A stretch of DNA of 63,618 nt, the filler included, from Octopus bimaculoides (lineage: Eukaryota): assembly GCF_001194135.2 (NCBI RefSeq). It is 5 parts of 5 records of this genome, joined end to end, with 100 filler letters (N's around TTAATTAATTAA, not from the genome) between each part and the next. Parts side by side here need not be neighbours in the genome. Positions count along the whole stretch, not along the records: positions 1 to 20,589 come from NC_068994.1; 4 more parts are not named here. The stretch is one strand, 5' to 3'. The notes beneath the pieces are model-generated. The model made no database searches. It was not told the origin of the DNA and saw nothing but the letters and a program-made list of their open reading frames with translations. This document shows positions 1 through 12,160 of the stretch, in pieces; position 1 is the first letter of the stretch, and each line of letters opens with the position of its first letter. The translations under genes and the position numbers were made by a program.

Positions 1-1442
1 TATATATATACATATATATATATATCACCGCCACCACTATCTGTATGACTACCAGCCGTCACCAAAATTAACATGGCCACCGCCACCATTATTTTTATCA
101 GCGCCACCGTCACCACCACTATCATTAATATTACCCCCCCACTCCCTCCTCCTCCACCATCACCAACACCGCCTCCATTCATCTTCTGCTGTTGCCGCCA
201 TTTACGAATGTTTTCAATAAAACTCTCCTACCAGTGAAGTGACTAAGCAGAGATTGTGAAAGAATATGATTTTCAACAATTTTCATCCCTTCCAGGCAAA
301 CATAATAGTTCCAACAATGTCGGCTAGCTAACTGCTTTATATAACATGTATCTAGGTGTGTGTGAGTGAGTAAGTATGTATGTACGTATGTGTGTATATA
401 TACACACGTTATCTATCTATTTATCTGTATGTGCGTATGTTTATATCTATATTTGTAGCTCTCTCCCCCCACACACACACACATATATATATTTACACAC
501 ATACATGCATACGTACGTACATACATACATACAAAAATTTATATATATTCATATATATGTGAAAGATAAATTACGGGTGGGAAAGGTTTAGAAAATCTGG
601 TGCGGGCTTAAAAATACACGGTACTCTAGACGGGAACAATCTTGATACTAGAGAACACATAAAGTACGGTAAATGATAAAGAGTTAAACTGTCGAGAAAA
701 CACGATTCATTTTAATAGCCAATCGTGTTCGTCCTCGGACACGATTAGCAAACCAGTGCGCGCACGTGTGTGAATATGTATGCACGTATGTGTGTGTGTA
801 TGTATGTATATTCCTATGTATATATATAAGCATATATGTATGTGTATGTTTCCAAGTATGTATATATGTGCATCTATGTATATGTATGTGTGGAAGAAAG
901 TATGTGCGTTTGCGTTCATGTGTATGCATGTATTCCCAATTGACAAACGAAGGAAGTTTGCAGTTATGTTTACGATAATTGCAGTAGCATAAGCCAAGTC
1001 CGGAAACATCTGGATTGCTGCAACAGAATGCAGTATAAATAAACAGGGACATGCTCGAGTTTTAGAAGTAAGACTTATACAAAGTAAGACTTTCAAAGGA
1101 ATAAGAATACACAGGATTAAATATGTAAATAAGAGGGTGCACTGCGCACTGGCAGAATCTGGAGACCTACGTAGAGAATAGGGTCCGTGGGCTGCATTAA
1201 AATGAATACAGCCTATTAAGAAGCAAAACACACATTTTGTTAACTAATTGGGGTAGAGAAAAAAAAAGAGAATAAGAAATACAACACTCTGACATGAAAC
1301 CTTCCCTGTTACTATTAAAGTTTTCTATGTTTTAATATTTTTATCCAATGGTTTTCAAATTTGGTATAGCGATTTAGTATTTTACACTAATTACGAAAAT
1401 GAAATTCATTTTTGTCATAGATTAGTAAATAAGAAGTTAATA

Positions 1443-1588
1443 GACATTATTTACATTTGACGGATATTTGTCCTCATCTTGTTTGTTGTTAACAACCTTT
1501 CGGCTGATATACCCTCCAGACTTCATCAGGTGTCTTGGAGAAATTTCGAACCTGGGTTCTCATTCCTAAGGTATTTTCGATGTTGTTG

Positions 1589-1669
<81 letters not shown>

Positions 1670-1753
1670 TCACTGCCTGGGATCCAACTCGGAATCTTGG
1701 GGTTAGTAGCCCGCGCTCTTAACCACTACGCCATTATGCCCGTGGACATATGG
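1443..1753 (-). mobile_element. Chimeric SINE-like element, copy 1: tRNA-like head + (AAT)n/(AAC)n + Penelope-like tail with hammerhead motif
   Basis: Minus strand: A box TGGCGTAGTGG, B-box-like GAGTTGGATCC, long (AAT)n, then AAGACAC-CTGATGA-A-GTCTG..CAGCC-GAAAG. Collinear with 13030-13345. Confidence 0.75.
1491..1536 (-). ncRNA. Degenerate minimal type I hammerhead ribozyme motif
   Basis: CUGAUGA core intact; stem II GUCUG/CAGCC has one mismatch; GAAAG replaces GAAAC; small deletion in stem I relative to copy 2. Confidence 0.55.
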
Positions 1754-1781
1754 GTCTTTTAGTAAAATTTTATGAAAATAT

Positions 1782-1868
1782 AGGCGCAAGTGTGGTTCTG
1801 TGGTAACAAGTTTGCTTCCCATCCACATGGTCTCGGGTTCAGTGCCACTGCGTGGAACCTTGGGCAAT
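1782..1868 (+). mobile_element. 5' head of tRNA-derived SINE family B
   Basis: GGCGCAAGTGTGGTTCTGTGG...GGGTTCAGTGCCACTGCGTGGAACCTTGGGCAA matches the reverse complement of the head at about 19680-19760. Confidence 0.7.
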
Positions 1869-2189
1869 TCCTCATCTCTTAAATAAATAGAGAAAGAAGT
1901 TAATAGCTTTTAAAATTTTGCAAATTTTGGATAATTTTAGCCCCTATCTCGATAGTAACAAACGAAGCTGTAGTCTTCCCAAACCACAACTATCACGTCC
2001 GTTTTCGTCAACTGTGGATTTTCTTTGACAACGTGTGCCTCTATATTTTCTGGATGCTTCAACCTCATTTTCATAATTTCCCCCTGTGTTTTCAAGAAAC
2101 GAAGGCTCTTTTCGGTTGCCGTCACCACAGATTCTATTTGAAATTTTGTAAACTTATTTTCATAATTTTGAAAAATTATTATTTGTTTA

Positions 2190-2430
2190 TGTGAGCTGAA
2201 CTATCAAAAAAGTTCGTCGTCATAATGTTTTGCTTCCATTTTGCGACAGATAACTATCACTGAGAAAATGCCAGCTTCTAAACCTTGTCTTCTGATTGGT
2301 TAAAAATGATGAAACATTGAACAACTGTAACATTTTTCTAAAATTTTTCTGGAATAAATGAGTCACAAAATCGGATTCAGCGGGAAAAATTACATCAATA
2401 TTACTAAATTTGTAAATTTTCAAGTAATTT
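2190..2430. repeat. AT-rich dispersed repeat (unclassified)
   Basis: TTTTCTGGAATAAATGA..CGGATTCAGCG..AAAAATTACAT is shared with about 12590-12720, and is seen reversed at about 43170-43230. Confidence 0.5.
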
Positions 2431-3585
2431 TAAGCTATTAAAATGTGTGACAACGAAAGAAAACATCCGAGAAATGTGTAATGGCGAAGTCATTTAATGA
2501 ACAGAAAATAATCGAAAACTAAGGCAGAAAACTTAAAACAGCGGCAGATCTTACGTTAAAATTACTGATTGACATCGTTACACAATAGAGGAATATGAAA
2601 AATATAAGCTATAAATCAAAATCGGAAATAGGGATGAAACATGTAAGAATTATGACACAGTTGGTAACTGAACTGTACAAAAGAACATGGCCGATGAGAG
2701 AGGGAAGGATCAGCGAGTTTATCGCTCCGGTGTGTGTGTGTATGTGTTTCGCCTTGCTTGGGATTTTTTTTAAAAAGGAGACAATAAGATCGAAGAGACA
2801 ATTACGACATTTCGAAGTCACCTTATATCCGAGAATCATGTTATGAACACGAATCGTCTAAAAGACAGAGGTGTTCGCTGATTAAGAAAAATGACAGAAA
2901 TGAGATATTTATTCAGGTTCGGATTTATCAGGAAGTATTGAGAATAAACAGATACGTTATTGTTACATAAAAAAGTTCCTTTGGTGGCTTTGAGAAAAGA
3001 CAGTGGAGGCTGTTGTTAAGGGATTTGTTGAAGTATCAGCAGGAATAACTGTGACATGGCGGTTATTTCTGGTTAATTGAGTTCAGTTTTATCACCGTTT
3101 GATGTTTGTTGCTAAACAGACCGATTAAAATCTTTTAAAGAAGGGCGGACTATCTAAGTCAGTGGAGGGTGAGGAGGAAAGAGAAGTCGAATCCACTTCA
3201 TCTAATTTTGGGGTTGGTCACTTTGATGGGTCGTTGATAAAAGTGCTTCAGGATGTACTTTAACAAGATCTCGTGTCACATGTTTGTGACGACGACGACG
3301 ATGATGATGATGATGACGACGTTATTTTTGGTGGTGGTGGCGACGGCGCCGGTGATTGTGGTGGCGGCGGCGGTGATTGCGGTGGCGGTAGTGGTGGTGG
3401 TGGTAGTGGTATGATGATGATACGCGAGTAAAAGTTAAACCTTTACTTTCCAATTTATTTTTAAAATATCAATATCGCTAGTCAGTATATTAAGTATCTG
3501 AGGGTATGCATATACGCAGACATAAACACACCAACACCGGTTGTCAAGCGGTGGTGGAAGACAATCATAGACCCAAACACGTGGG

Positions 3586-3912
3586 CTTTTAGACCGTAGC
3601 TTGAGGAGTGTGAGGACTTGCATTGTCGTGGAGCAAAATTGGGCCATCTCTATTCACAAGTCTGGGTTGCTTCTTTTTCAAATTCTCATACATACAATCA
3701 ATTTCCTGGCAATAAGACGTTGCTGTTACCGTTTTTCCTTGTTGCAAAAATGAATAATGAATAACTCGCTTCGCAGACCACCATACAGTAACCACTAACT
3801 TTCTAGGGTGCAATGGTGGGTTTGCTTAGCCTTTAGGTGACTCCCCTGCATCTAATCACTGTCCTGTTCTCCTGCTATTGTCAAAGAGTATCCATTTCTC
3901 GTCACATTTAGT
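3586..3912 (-). pseudogene. Mariner (DD34D) transposase catalytic-domain fragment
   Basis: Translates ..CDEKWILFDNSRR..HPRKLVVTVWWSAKRVIHYSFL..GPILLHDNASPH, matching the mariner TCDEKW and HDNA motifs; in-frame stops present. Confidence 0.9.
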
Positions 3913-4067
3913 AGGAGTTACATATATTATTTAAAGTAGTTTGATTTGGTTCCATGCGACCGAAGTGCGTCTCTTTGGAGATTAAAAGAGACGGGCTTCT
4001 ATTAAAGGCCGGCGAAACTTTAAGTCACATGGATCCGAATAACACTTTTTAGAATTATGTATACACG

Positions 4068-4435
4068 TGGCACTCCGTCGGTTACGACGACGAGGGTTCC
4101 ATTTGATCCGATCAATTGAACAGCCTGCTCGTGAAATTAACGGTGCAAGTGGCTGAGCACTCCACAGACACGTGTACCCTTAACGTAGTTCTCGGGGTGA
4201 TTCAGCGTGACACAGAGTGTGACAAGGCTGGCCCTTTGAAATATAGGTACAGCAGAAACAGGAAGAAAGAGTGAGAGAAAGTTGTGGTGAAAGAATACAG
4301 CAGGGTTCGCCACCGCCCTCTACCGGAGCCTCGTTGAGTTTTAGATGTTTTTGCTCAATAAACACTCACAACGCCCGGTCTGGGAATCGAAACCGCGAGT
4401 CCGCTGCTCTAACCACTGGGCCACTGCGCCTCCAC
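4068..4435 (-). mobile_element. tRNA-derived SINE family A (about 370 bp, (AAC)n tail), copy 1
   Basis: Head GTGGAGGCGCAGTGGCCCAGTGG with B box GGTTTCGATTCC; six copies in the window; 3' stem-loop (family consensus GTTCC-GTTGAT..ATCAAC-TGGAAC). Confidence 0.9.
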
Positions 4436-4574
4436 TATATATCTATATATGTATGGATGTATTTAAAAATAGGTACTGGGGGTCGATTCATTCAGTGACC
4501 AGGTTGCAGTTAGTACGACGAAAATTTTCACATCAAATAATAACTGCTTAACTTGCTTCCTTTTTTTTTTTTTT

Positions 4575-4830
4575 AAGTTCTGCGTGGGACTGGAATTGCT
4601 GGTGCAGGAAAGAGTAGGGTCATAATTGCCCATTACTGAGGCTGCCAAGGGAGCCATTAGGTGACTTTGGATAAACATGGCTGACCAGTTGTTTGCTGCT
4701 ACTGGGATGCAAGATGTGACTGGATACAATCCCGGCTGAGTCAACTGGGTGAGAGGGTGGGATCTGATGTTGAAAAACACGAAACCCCGGAGACCCCAGA
4801 AACATCACTCACGATGCATCCCCCAGCATC
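4575..4830 (+). mobile_element. HERO-like (R2-group, RLE) non-LTR retrotransposon 3' end
   Basis: VLRGTGIAGAGKSRVI / ITEAAKGAIR*LWIN resembles the HERO C-terminal EAAE.ASRWLW motif; followed by a CCCGGCTGAGTCAACTGGGTGAG..CTGATGTTGAAA..GAAAC 3' UTR. Confidence 0.6.
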
Positions 4831-5009
4831 CAGCTCTTGTCTGTGTGTGTGTGTGTGTGTGTTTTTTGAATGGCTAACATATCTTCCACTCTGTAATTAC
4901 TTTAGTTTCAACACAAGACCTCAGATCGAATCATCTTGCCAGGCAAGTACAACTCCGAAACGAATCAACTTTGTTTTATTGGAGTATTAAATCCCAAGAT
5001 GACGACCAC

Positions 5010-5130
5010 CACCACCGTACTTGACTAGTACTTTATTTCATCGATCCAAGGATGAAAGGGAAAATTAAACTCAGCGGGATTTGAACTCAAACCGCAAAGG
5101 GCAGTAGCTAAATACTGCAGCCATTTTGTA
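5010..5130 (-). mobile_element. SINE family C (Meta-domain-like) fragment
   Basis: Reverse complement of the GAGTTCAAATTCCGCCGAGGTCGACTTTGCCTTTCATCC..GATAAATTAAGTACCAG core seen at 21693-21920. Confidence 0.7.
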
Positions 5131-5194
5131 CCCATCCTCTCTTTTTCGCTCTTTGTTTTTTCTCACGCTCCTACATACACATACACACACACAC

Positions 5195-5320
5195 ATACAA
5201 ACTTACATACGTAGTACGTACACACACACATACATACATACATACACATACATACATACATACATACATACATACATACATACATACATACATACATACA
5301 TACATACGCACATACATACA
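5195..5320. repeat. (CATA)n/(CA)n compound microsatellite, representative of dozens of (TA)n, (CA)n, (GA)n, (ATT)n, (TCTG)n and (CAT)n arrays
   Basis: Direct reading. Such arrays generate most ORFs in the supplied track. Confidence 0.95.
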
Positions 5321-5483
5321 CTCCTTAGCTCGCGCCGGCGTCATTGTGTCGGCTGGAGGTTTACTGGTGTATGTATGAAGTTGATAGCTTCTGTGAAGTT
5401 CAGAAAGATTCGTTGAAATTGTAGTAACGATGTTCTTCGTGTCCATTTAAAATTTATCTAACAAAAGGAAAACGGTGTAATTC

Positions 5484-5516
<33 letters not shown>

Positions 5517-6124
5517 TGTAAGTGCGCGTGAGGATACATGAATGTATGTATATGTGTGTATGTGTTTATGTATGTGTATGGGAGAGATAGTAAGAGCGTG
5601 TATAGTGTTAGTGCGTGTGTATGCATGTGTATGCTGGGGAAAAGAGAGAGAAAATGATAGCAACTGTGTATGTCTATATATATATATATACAGACGATAG
5701 TGAGAGTGTGTATGTGTCGTAGTGCATCTATGTGTGTATGTCAATGCATGTGTATGTATTTCTGTATCGAGAGACAGAAAGGGGCAGTATGTATCTATGT
5801 ATGTATACATGAATGTATATATGTTAGAGGAGGGGAGAGTAGAGTAGCGTACTATGGTTTAGGTGGGAATGAAACCGAGATGGAACTTGTAGGAAAGGGT
5901 GAGGCCATTAAATAAAAGAGCGAGCGCCAGTAGCGTTTTAAACTAATCAAACGAACGGCATTCCCTCCCACCGCTTTAAAATATATTATTGCTGTAGAGC
6001 TGAGATTTCTGGCGACCAACAAGAATTCACCGATTAAACTTGCGAATTAATAAAGCTTTCGGCTGCCTCCTCAACTCATCGTTTCTCACACGTTTATCAT
6101 CATCATCATCAATAATAATAATGA

Positions 6125-6330
6125 TTACGGAGATGTACCTGCATAGCAAGTGACTTGATCTGAGATTGTGTGCTGAAACAAAAACAATTGCAGCGTGGAA
6201 GGTGTTTAATAAGCTATTTAAGAAACACACAAAAACCATTAGATTCACTTCAACATTTAAATTTAATTTGTCAAAATATTTTCGTCGCTTTGAAACCGCG
6301 ACCTGTTCACTGACAAAATTCTTAGACGGC
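6125..6330 (-). mobile_element. Probable Penelope-like (PLE-derived) repeat carrying a variant hammerhead
   Basis: Non-coding segment with an (ATT)n-type end containing a complete hammerhead fold. PLE assignment is inferred from the known PLE-hammerhead association. Confidence 0.45.
6267..6317 (-). ncRNA. Type I hammerhead ribozyme with G3:C8 swapped core
   Basis: UUUGUCA-GUGAACA-G-GUCGC-GGUUUCAAA-GCGAC-GAA-AAUAUU-U-UGACAAA: 7-bp stem I, 5-bp stem II, palindromic stem III. Confidence 0.7.
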
Positions 6331-6384
6331 GACCATTCTGGAGCACCCACTGAAGGGTTTAGTGGAACAAATCGACTCCAAGAT

Positions 6385-6965
6385 TTTCTTTTTCTAAGCC
6401 CGGTGCTTATTTTATCGATATCTTTTTGCCGAACCGCTAGGCTAAGGGGACGTAAACCAACACCCACTGTCAAGCGGTGGTGGATGACAAGCACACATAT
6501 TTAGCCGGGGTTCAAATAAGATTTGGCGGGGTCCCTGCAAGCAAAATAGTAAATTGAAGATCCACCATAGTATTTTAGGGATCGATGAAAAAGTTTTGCT
6601 TCCTACGTATTTATTGCAAGAAACAGCAAGGTTTCTTTAACGTTTTACTTGGTTCAACTTACAAGTTAATATGTGAAAAGGAAAATGGGAATTTGCAAAG
6701 AAGTCTCAATAAAATCCGTTTTTAAACCTCAAAAGGCTATGGGGTCCACCAGAATAATATCGTAAGCAAAGGGGATCTACAGATAATTTTTTTAAATGTC
6801 GAGAACCACTCATATATACGAAAGGGTTTCTTTCAGTTTCCGTCTACAAAATCGACTCAAGGCTTTGGTGGGCTCGAGGTTTTAGTTGAAGACACTTGCC
6901 CAAGGCACCAAGCAGTGATACCGAACCTGGAACCATGTTGTTGGGAAGCACACTTCTTACCACAT
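6385..6965 (-). mobile_element. SINE family B interrupted by a hAT-type MITE
   Basis: The central part (TTTTGCCGAACCGCTA..TGTCAAGCGG) and the head (GACACTTGCCCAAGG..GGAACCATG) are separated by the MITE. Confidence 0.75.
6503..6811 (-). mobile_element. hAT (Charlie/Buster-type) MITE, copy 1
   Basis: Reverse complement of 50570-50884 motifs (AGAAACCTAGCTGTTTCTTG, CTTTCAAAATTCCT); ends GAGAACCACT. Confidence 0.7.
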
Positions 6966-7789
6966 ATCCTTACACTTTACGTCCATCTTTGTGTCGCCAT
7001 TATCATTCGTCGCTTTGGTGGAAAAATAAAAGAAATAAATATCATTTTGCTGGGGAGGGGGGAGTTGCCTAAAAGTACAAATAAGAATACTCTAAGTACA
7101 TCTTACATTTTTGATTGTATCTCAATAACTACTCCTAACTCTTCATTTTAATCCGTTATACACCAGCGTTATTTGTAACCGGTCTTCCTGTGGACTTCAA
7201 GGAAAAGTAACAGATGAATAACGAAAATGAAAACGTGAATCGTCGAAGAAAATGTTAGCTTCATCGTAGTTTTCATGGAGAAAAAATACCCACATTACCA
7301 CCACCACCACCACCACAAACAACAACACCCACACCCATAGACCGTTCAATTTCCAAATTCACAGTTGAGTTTCCATTTCTGATAATGTATTTCCGCTAGA
7401 AATATAATATAGAAGAAACACCAACTGCCAGTTATCTTAATATCCTCATATTTTGTTTTCTATAAACTATTGTACATTGGCGTCCTAAATCAGTGGTGGT
7501 GTTGGTGGTGGTGACGATGATGATTGAAAAGTAGACGGGCAGATCGCCATATTTAATACAATTAAGGTTTTAAATATTTTTTTCTTCAGCTGTGTTTAAC
7601 ACTGGCGAACAAAAAGTATGTACACGCATAGAAACTCTGTTTTGTCTACTCGTTAATAAAGCAAACGATCCAAACATTTCATTGATATATCGGGGAAAGG
7701 AGGAAGAGGTGGCGCTGGTGTTTGTCAGTTTGACAACTGCTCTTCTACGGCCTTTAGGTTTTGCTTGATCTGTCTTTTTTCTTATCTGT

Positions 7790-7822
<33 letters not shown>

Positions 7823-7994
7823 CTATCTCTCTATCTATCTCTATCTCTCTATGTATGTGTACGTGCGTGTATATATGTAATATTTTATATTGCTAATCAA
7901 CTCGTTGAAAAACAAGATCATTTCATTCACTGATGCTGTTATACGTTGAGAGAAATTTACTGATAATATTAGTTTCAAATTTTGGCACACTGCC

Positions 7995-8165
7995 AGCAAT
8001 TTGGGGGAGGGGCTCAGTCAATTACATCGATTCCATTGCTCAACTCGTACTTCGACTTGGAAATGATGAAAGGTAAATTCAACCTGGGCGGAATTTGAAC
8101 TCAGAACATAAAGATGTCACTAAGCATTTCATCTGGCGTGCAAACGATTTTGCCAGCTCACCGCC
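7995..8165 (-). mobile_element. SINE family C
   Basis: GGCGGAATTTGAACTCAGAAC..GCCAGCTCACCGCC is the reverse complement of the family C head. Confidence 0.8.
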
Positions 8166-8202
8166 GCAAAATTTATTGATAATATTGATTTAAACATTTA
8201 AA

Positions 8203-8247
8203 TATGCCATTGACGAGGTCCAACAAAACCGAAACGCGTCTGTCATG
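8203..8247 (+). ncRNA. Minimal type I hammerhead motif (C3U)
   Basis: UAUGCCA-UUGACGA-GGU-CCAACAAA-ACC-GAAAC-GC-GUC-UGUCAUG; palindromic ACGCGU stem III. Confidence 0.65.
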
Positions 8248-8567
8248 ATTGCTGCTGAGACGATTATCGCTCCGCTCCAATATACATTGTTTCTAACACA
8301 AGTCTATAAAGAGATTTTCTTCTCAGAGAAAAGGCAAAGTTTCATGCCAACATGATCAATGTTATACTAATATGGTGACATCATGCAGGCGACAGTTTAG
8401 TTTCACTTTTATATATGTCATGTGTTTGTGATTTTAGCCTGTCAGAAATGTGAGACAATTACAAACCAATAGCCTGTTGAGCTATTCGTTGGGCTACATT
8501 ACATTAAAGTCAACCTCTGTTCAATCTTTCTAAGCAGTCATTAGCAGCCATAGTAAACTGTCTTATT

Positions 8568-8630
<63 letters not shown>

Positions 8631-8814
8631 CTCTTTCTCTCTTCCTCCCACCACTTTCTTACCTATCTTTTCCTTCCTTTTCTCTCTTTCCCTTTCTCGT
8701 AGCTAAACTTTAACTTTGATCTACACTCAATGGAATTTCTACCTGTTAAATGGACGCACCCTCTTCGATTTTTCTTATTACTGATGGCCATTTATCTAGA
8801 ATAATAATAATAAT

Positions 8815-9243
8815 GATGATAATAATAAATGCCCGGATGCAGTGCCAGGCACTGACGCTCGTGGCTTCTGACCTTAACTGATCGGAAGTGTTATCATGTA
8901 CATTGTTTTATCTTGGTATAAAAGATGGGCTGCAACAAATATTCTGCTCAATACCACAGATTTGTTTGTCAGTTGTTTGACCTTAACCAGTTGAGCATGT
9001 CCCTTAGTGGCTGACGATATGTGCATCTCTGATCATGAACAGAAGTAGTCGAGGAGCATCATTGCCATGTGTTGAGAGGAATTCTTTGGGGTTTGGATAA
9101 TTCACTTTTGGAATGATAGGTTTTCGTTCAACATCCTTAAGCAATCCTTATTCAGGGATCTTTTGAGTGAGATGGACTACTCGACCTGAAGAAAACTCTA
9201 ACTGGACCCAACGTGCAAGGTCTTGGGCTGTTTATCTTGATAT
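8815..9243 (-). mobile_element. Non-coding retroposon-like repeat with an (ATT)n tail (unclassified)
   Basis: Moderate-GC non-coding block ending in an (ATT)n tail on the minus strand; no ORF. Confidence 0.45.
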
Positions 9244-10059
9244 ATGGGGTCCGGAAATTTCGCAGTAAAAAAATTTCGCTTTCCNNNNNNNNNNNNNNNN
9301 NNNNNNNNNNNNNNNNNNNNNNNNNNNNNNNNNNNNNNNNNNNNNNNNNNNNNNNNNNNNNNNNNNNNNNNNNNNNNNNNNNNNNNNNNNNNNNNNNNNN
9401 NNNNNNNNNNNNNNNNNNNNNNNNNNNNNNNNNNNNNNNNNNNNNNNNNNNNNNNNNNNNNNNNNNNNNNNNNNNNNNNNNNNNNNNNNNNNNNNNNNNN
9501 NNNNNNNNNNNNNNNNNNNNNNNNNNNNNNNNNNNNNNNNNNNNNNNNNNNNNNNNNNNNNNNNNNNNNNNNNNNNNNNNNNNNNNATATATATATATAT
9601 ATATATATATATAAACAGTGTTCCTGTATGGCCGCAGCAGCCTCAAGGCTAAAACACATAAGCATGGCTTACACACGCATCAACTATATAGATACACACA
9701 CAGTGTCACACACACACACACACACACACACACATTGCAATGCATATACTATAATCGTCAACATACAAAAACTACAAACAAACTTAAGATTTATTTTATA
9801 AGCGGAAACTTCGGGTAATGGAGTCCTACATTCATAGGAAAAAATTGACGGACTCCTCAAGGCTGAAGAGAGCCTTTGGGTTAAACAACAATCACGAAAC
9901 CACATTAGACGCATATACAACGGACCCACACACACACATACATAGAATATACACGATACATACACAATAATAATAGCCGCACTGATAAAACAACAGAGGC
10001 TAATACACACATACACTCACATACGCAGAGTGAAAAGTTTAATACATCAAGACGAGCTG

Positions 10060-10280
10060 ATAAGGGAGTCTCCAGGAGGCCGTTCAATACGACCTGCTAG
10101 AAATAGCTGCCAAATCTACCCCCATATCATACCCTACCGTCTTATAACAAAAACTGAACGCGTTGGATAGTGCACACCTCGATTCATTGTACATAGGAGA
10201 TCGATGGGATTGTCATGGCTGGAGCAATTTTGATTCTAGGTCTGCTCACTCAGGACTGACCTGGGCCAAAACAACAACAT
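10060..10280 (+). repeat. Dispersed SINE-like repeat E (CTGCTAGAAATAGCTGCCAAATCT..., (AAC)n tail)
   Basis: The GCTGCTATTTCTAGCA motif recurs reversed at about 17600, 39660 and 41450; the tail recurs reversed near 37850-37900. Confidence 0.55.
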
Positions 10281-10306
10281 ATACAACGCAACGAACATAC
10301 ACAACA

Positions 10307-10341
<35 letters not shown>

Positions 10342-11044
10342 CACTCACACGTAAATCTGCAAACCAACATACACAAACATGCATGCACGCGTAAACACAA
10401 ACACCCACAAACATAAACGCAGAGACACATGCAAACATGCACACACACACACACACACACACGTTAACACGCACATACATACATACATACACACACACAG
10501 AGCTATTAAATTTCCAGCTGAAACCGAGGCAAGCTCCCTGCAGGTTGAGTGTAAGGTGGTAGTGGTGGGAGGGAACAGAAGGTGGTGGAAGTGGTTTTGG
10601 TGGTGGTAGGAAACAGAAGAAGGTGGAGGTGGTGAAGTATTTAGCAATGGCGTCATTGCCGTGTGCCAGCAGCGAAACACCCTGAGACACAACAATAACA
10701 GTAGTCGAAGGCGAAAATCGATGAAGGCGGCAAGTATTTGCGATTTACGGCAAACGTCGCCATAACGGAGATGGCATTCCGCACAGCTTTCCTTCAAATA
10801 TATAAATACAGGGACGGATGTGTGGGTGTTGTGGGGGGTTGTAGTGACAGTGGTGGTGGAAGAGACAAGATGGCGGTGGCTGCGAATGAAGCTAGTGATT
10901 ATTATAATGATTTCGTTTAAACTATGTACGTCTGATTTTGCATATGGGCAGAAGTTCGTGTGTGTGTGTTAAAACAAGGAATTTTCATGGGTTTCGCCAA
11001 TGACTAGAGAAACAGATATGTGTATGTAAGATATATATCTCATA

Positions 11045-11250
11045 TCTTTTACTGTTTCAATCATTGGACTGCGATCTAGCTGGAGAATTGCCTTGAAGGG
11101 TCTCGTCGAACAAACCGGCTCCAGGACTTGCTTTTCAAAAGCCCGATACTTATTCTATCGGTTCGTTTTGCCGAACCACTAGAATGCAGGAACATAAACA
11201 CACCAACAGCGATTGTTACACGGTTGTGGGGGACAAACACAAACACGCGC
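11045..11250 (-). mobile_element. SINE family B 3' half
   Basis: CTTTTACTGTTTCAATCATTGGACTGCG..TACTTATTCTATCGG..TTTTGCCGAACC. Confidence 0.7.
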
Positions 11251-11822
11251 ATCGACATACACACACACGTACATATACATACAAATATATATATATAACA
11301 GGTTTCATGGAGCAGGGAAGCAACACGACTACTCACATTTTAGAAGAAAGAGAGTGGTGAGGCTGGAGCTGGAAAGAAATAGAAATGAAAGAAGCGAGCG
11401 AAGGTAGAAGTGCAGGAAGTGTGGGTCGGTGGCCGGGTGGGGTCAGCGAGGACTCTGAAGGGTTTGTTTACCCACTACGTTTCTAAAACGGAATTTATTT
11501 CGTGGTGACATTTAAAGTGACAGCTGACTATTTCGTTCCTTTGTCCCCGGTCGTTTTATACATCAGCCACTTAAGATGACAACCCCTCGAACTTTTTTTC
11601 AGTCGATTACATCGATTTCCACCCTCTTATTTCGGTCAAGTACTTCTTTTATCGATTTCTATTTATCGAACGATCAAGTTTTACTTCTTGATATAGTAAA
11701 CATGCGCATACACATACGCATACGCACATTCATACGTACGTGCGGTCGTACATGTATAGTTACATGATATAGTCATTACATAAGTACATACATGCATATA
11801 TACATATACACACATGTTTATG

Positions 11823-11889
<67 letters not shown>

Positions 11890-11984
11890 ATAAAAAAAAG
11901 GATCAAAGCTTCTTCTTGAACCCTAGGCTCATAAAGCCAGTTTCCCGGATTCTGTAGCCATTATATTCCCCTCCCCACTGGGCG

Positions 11985-12160
11985 AAATGCCTAGCGGTAT
12001 TTCGTCTGTCTCCATGTTCTGAGTTCAAATTCCGCCGAGGTCGACTTAGCCTTTCATCCTCTCGGGATCCATGAATTAAGTACCAGTTGCATACTGGTGT
12101 CGATCTAATTGACTGGTCCCTTCCCCCAAAAAATTTCAGGCCTTGTGCCTTGAGTAGAAA
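11985..12160 (+). mobile_element. SINE family C
   Basis: GTTCTGAGTTCAAATTCCGCCGAGGTCGACTTAGCCTTTCATCC..AAGTACCAG..GGCCTTGTGCC. Confidence 0.85.

Noticed and set aside
4765-4800. CTGATG..GAAAC in the HERO-like 3' UTR as a hammerhead
   Set aside because: The core reads CUGAUGU, with no stem II or stem I in register.
9100-9220. Possible HDV-like ribozyme on the minus strand (UUC-UUCAGGUC-GAG resembles P3/L3)
   Set aside because: I could not build P1 and P2 consistently; it would need a covariance-model search.
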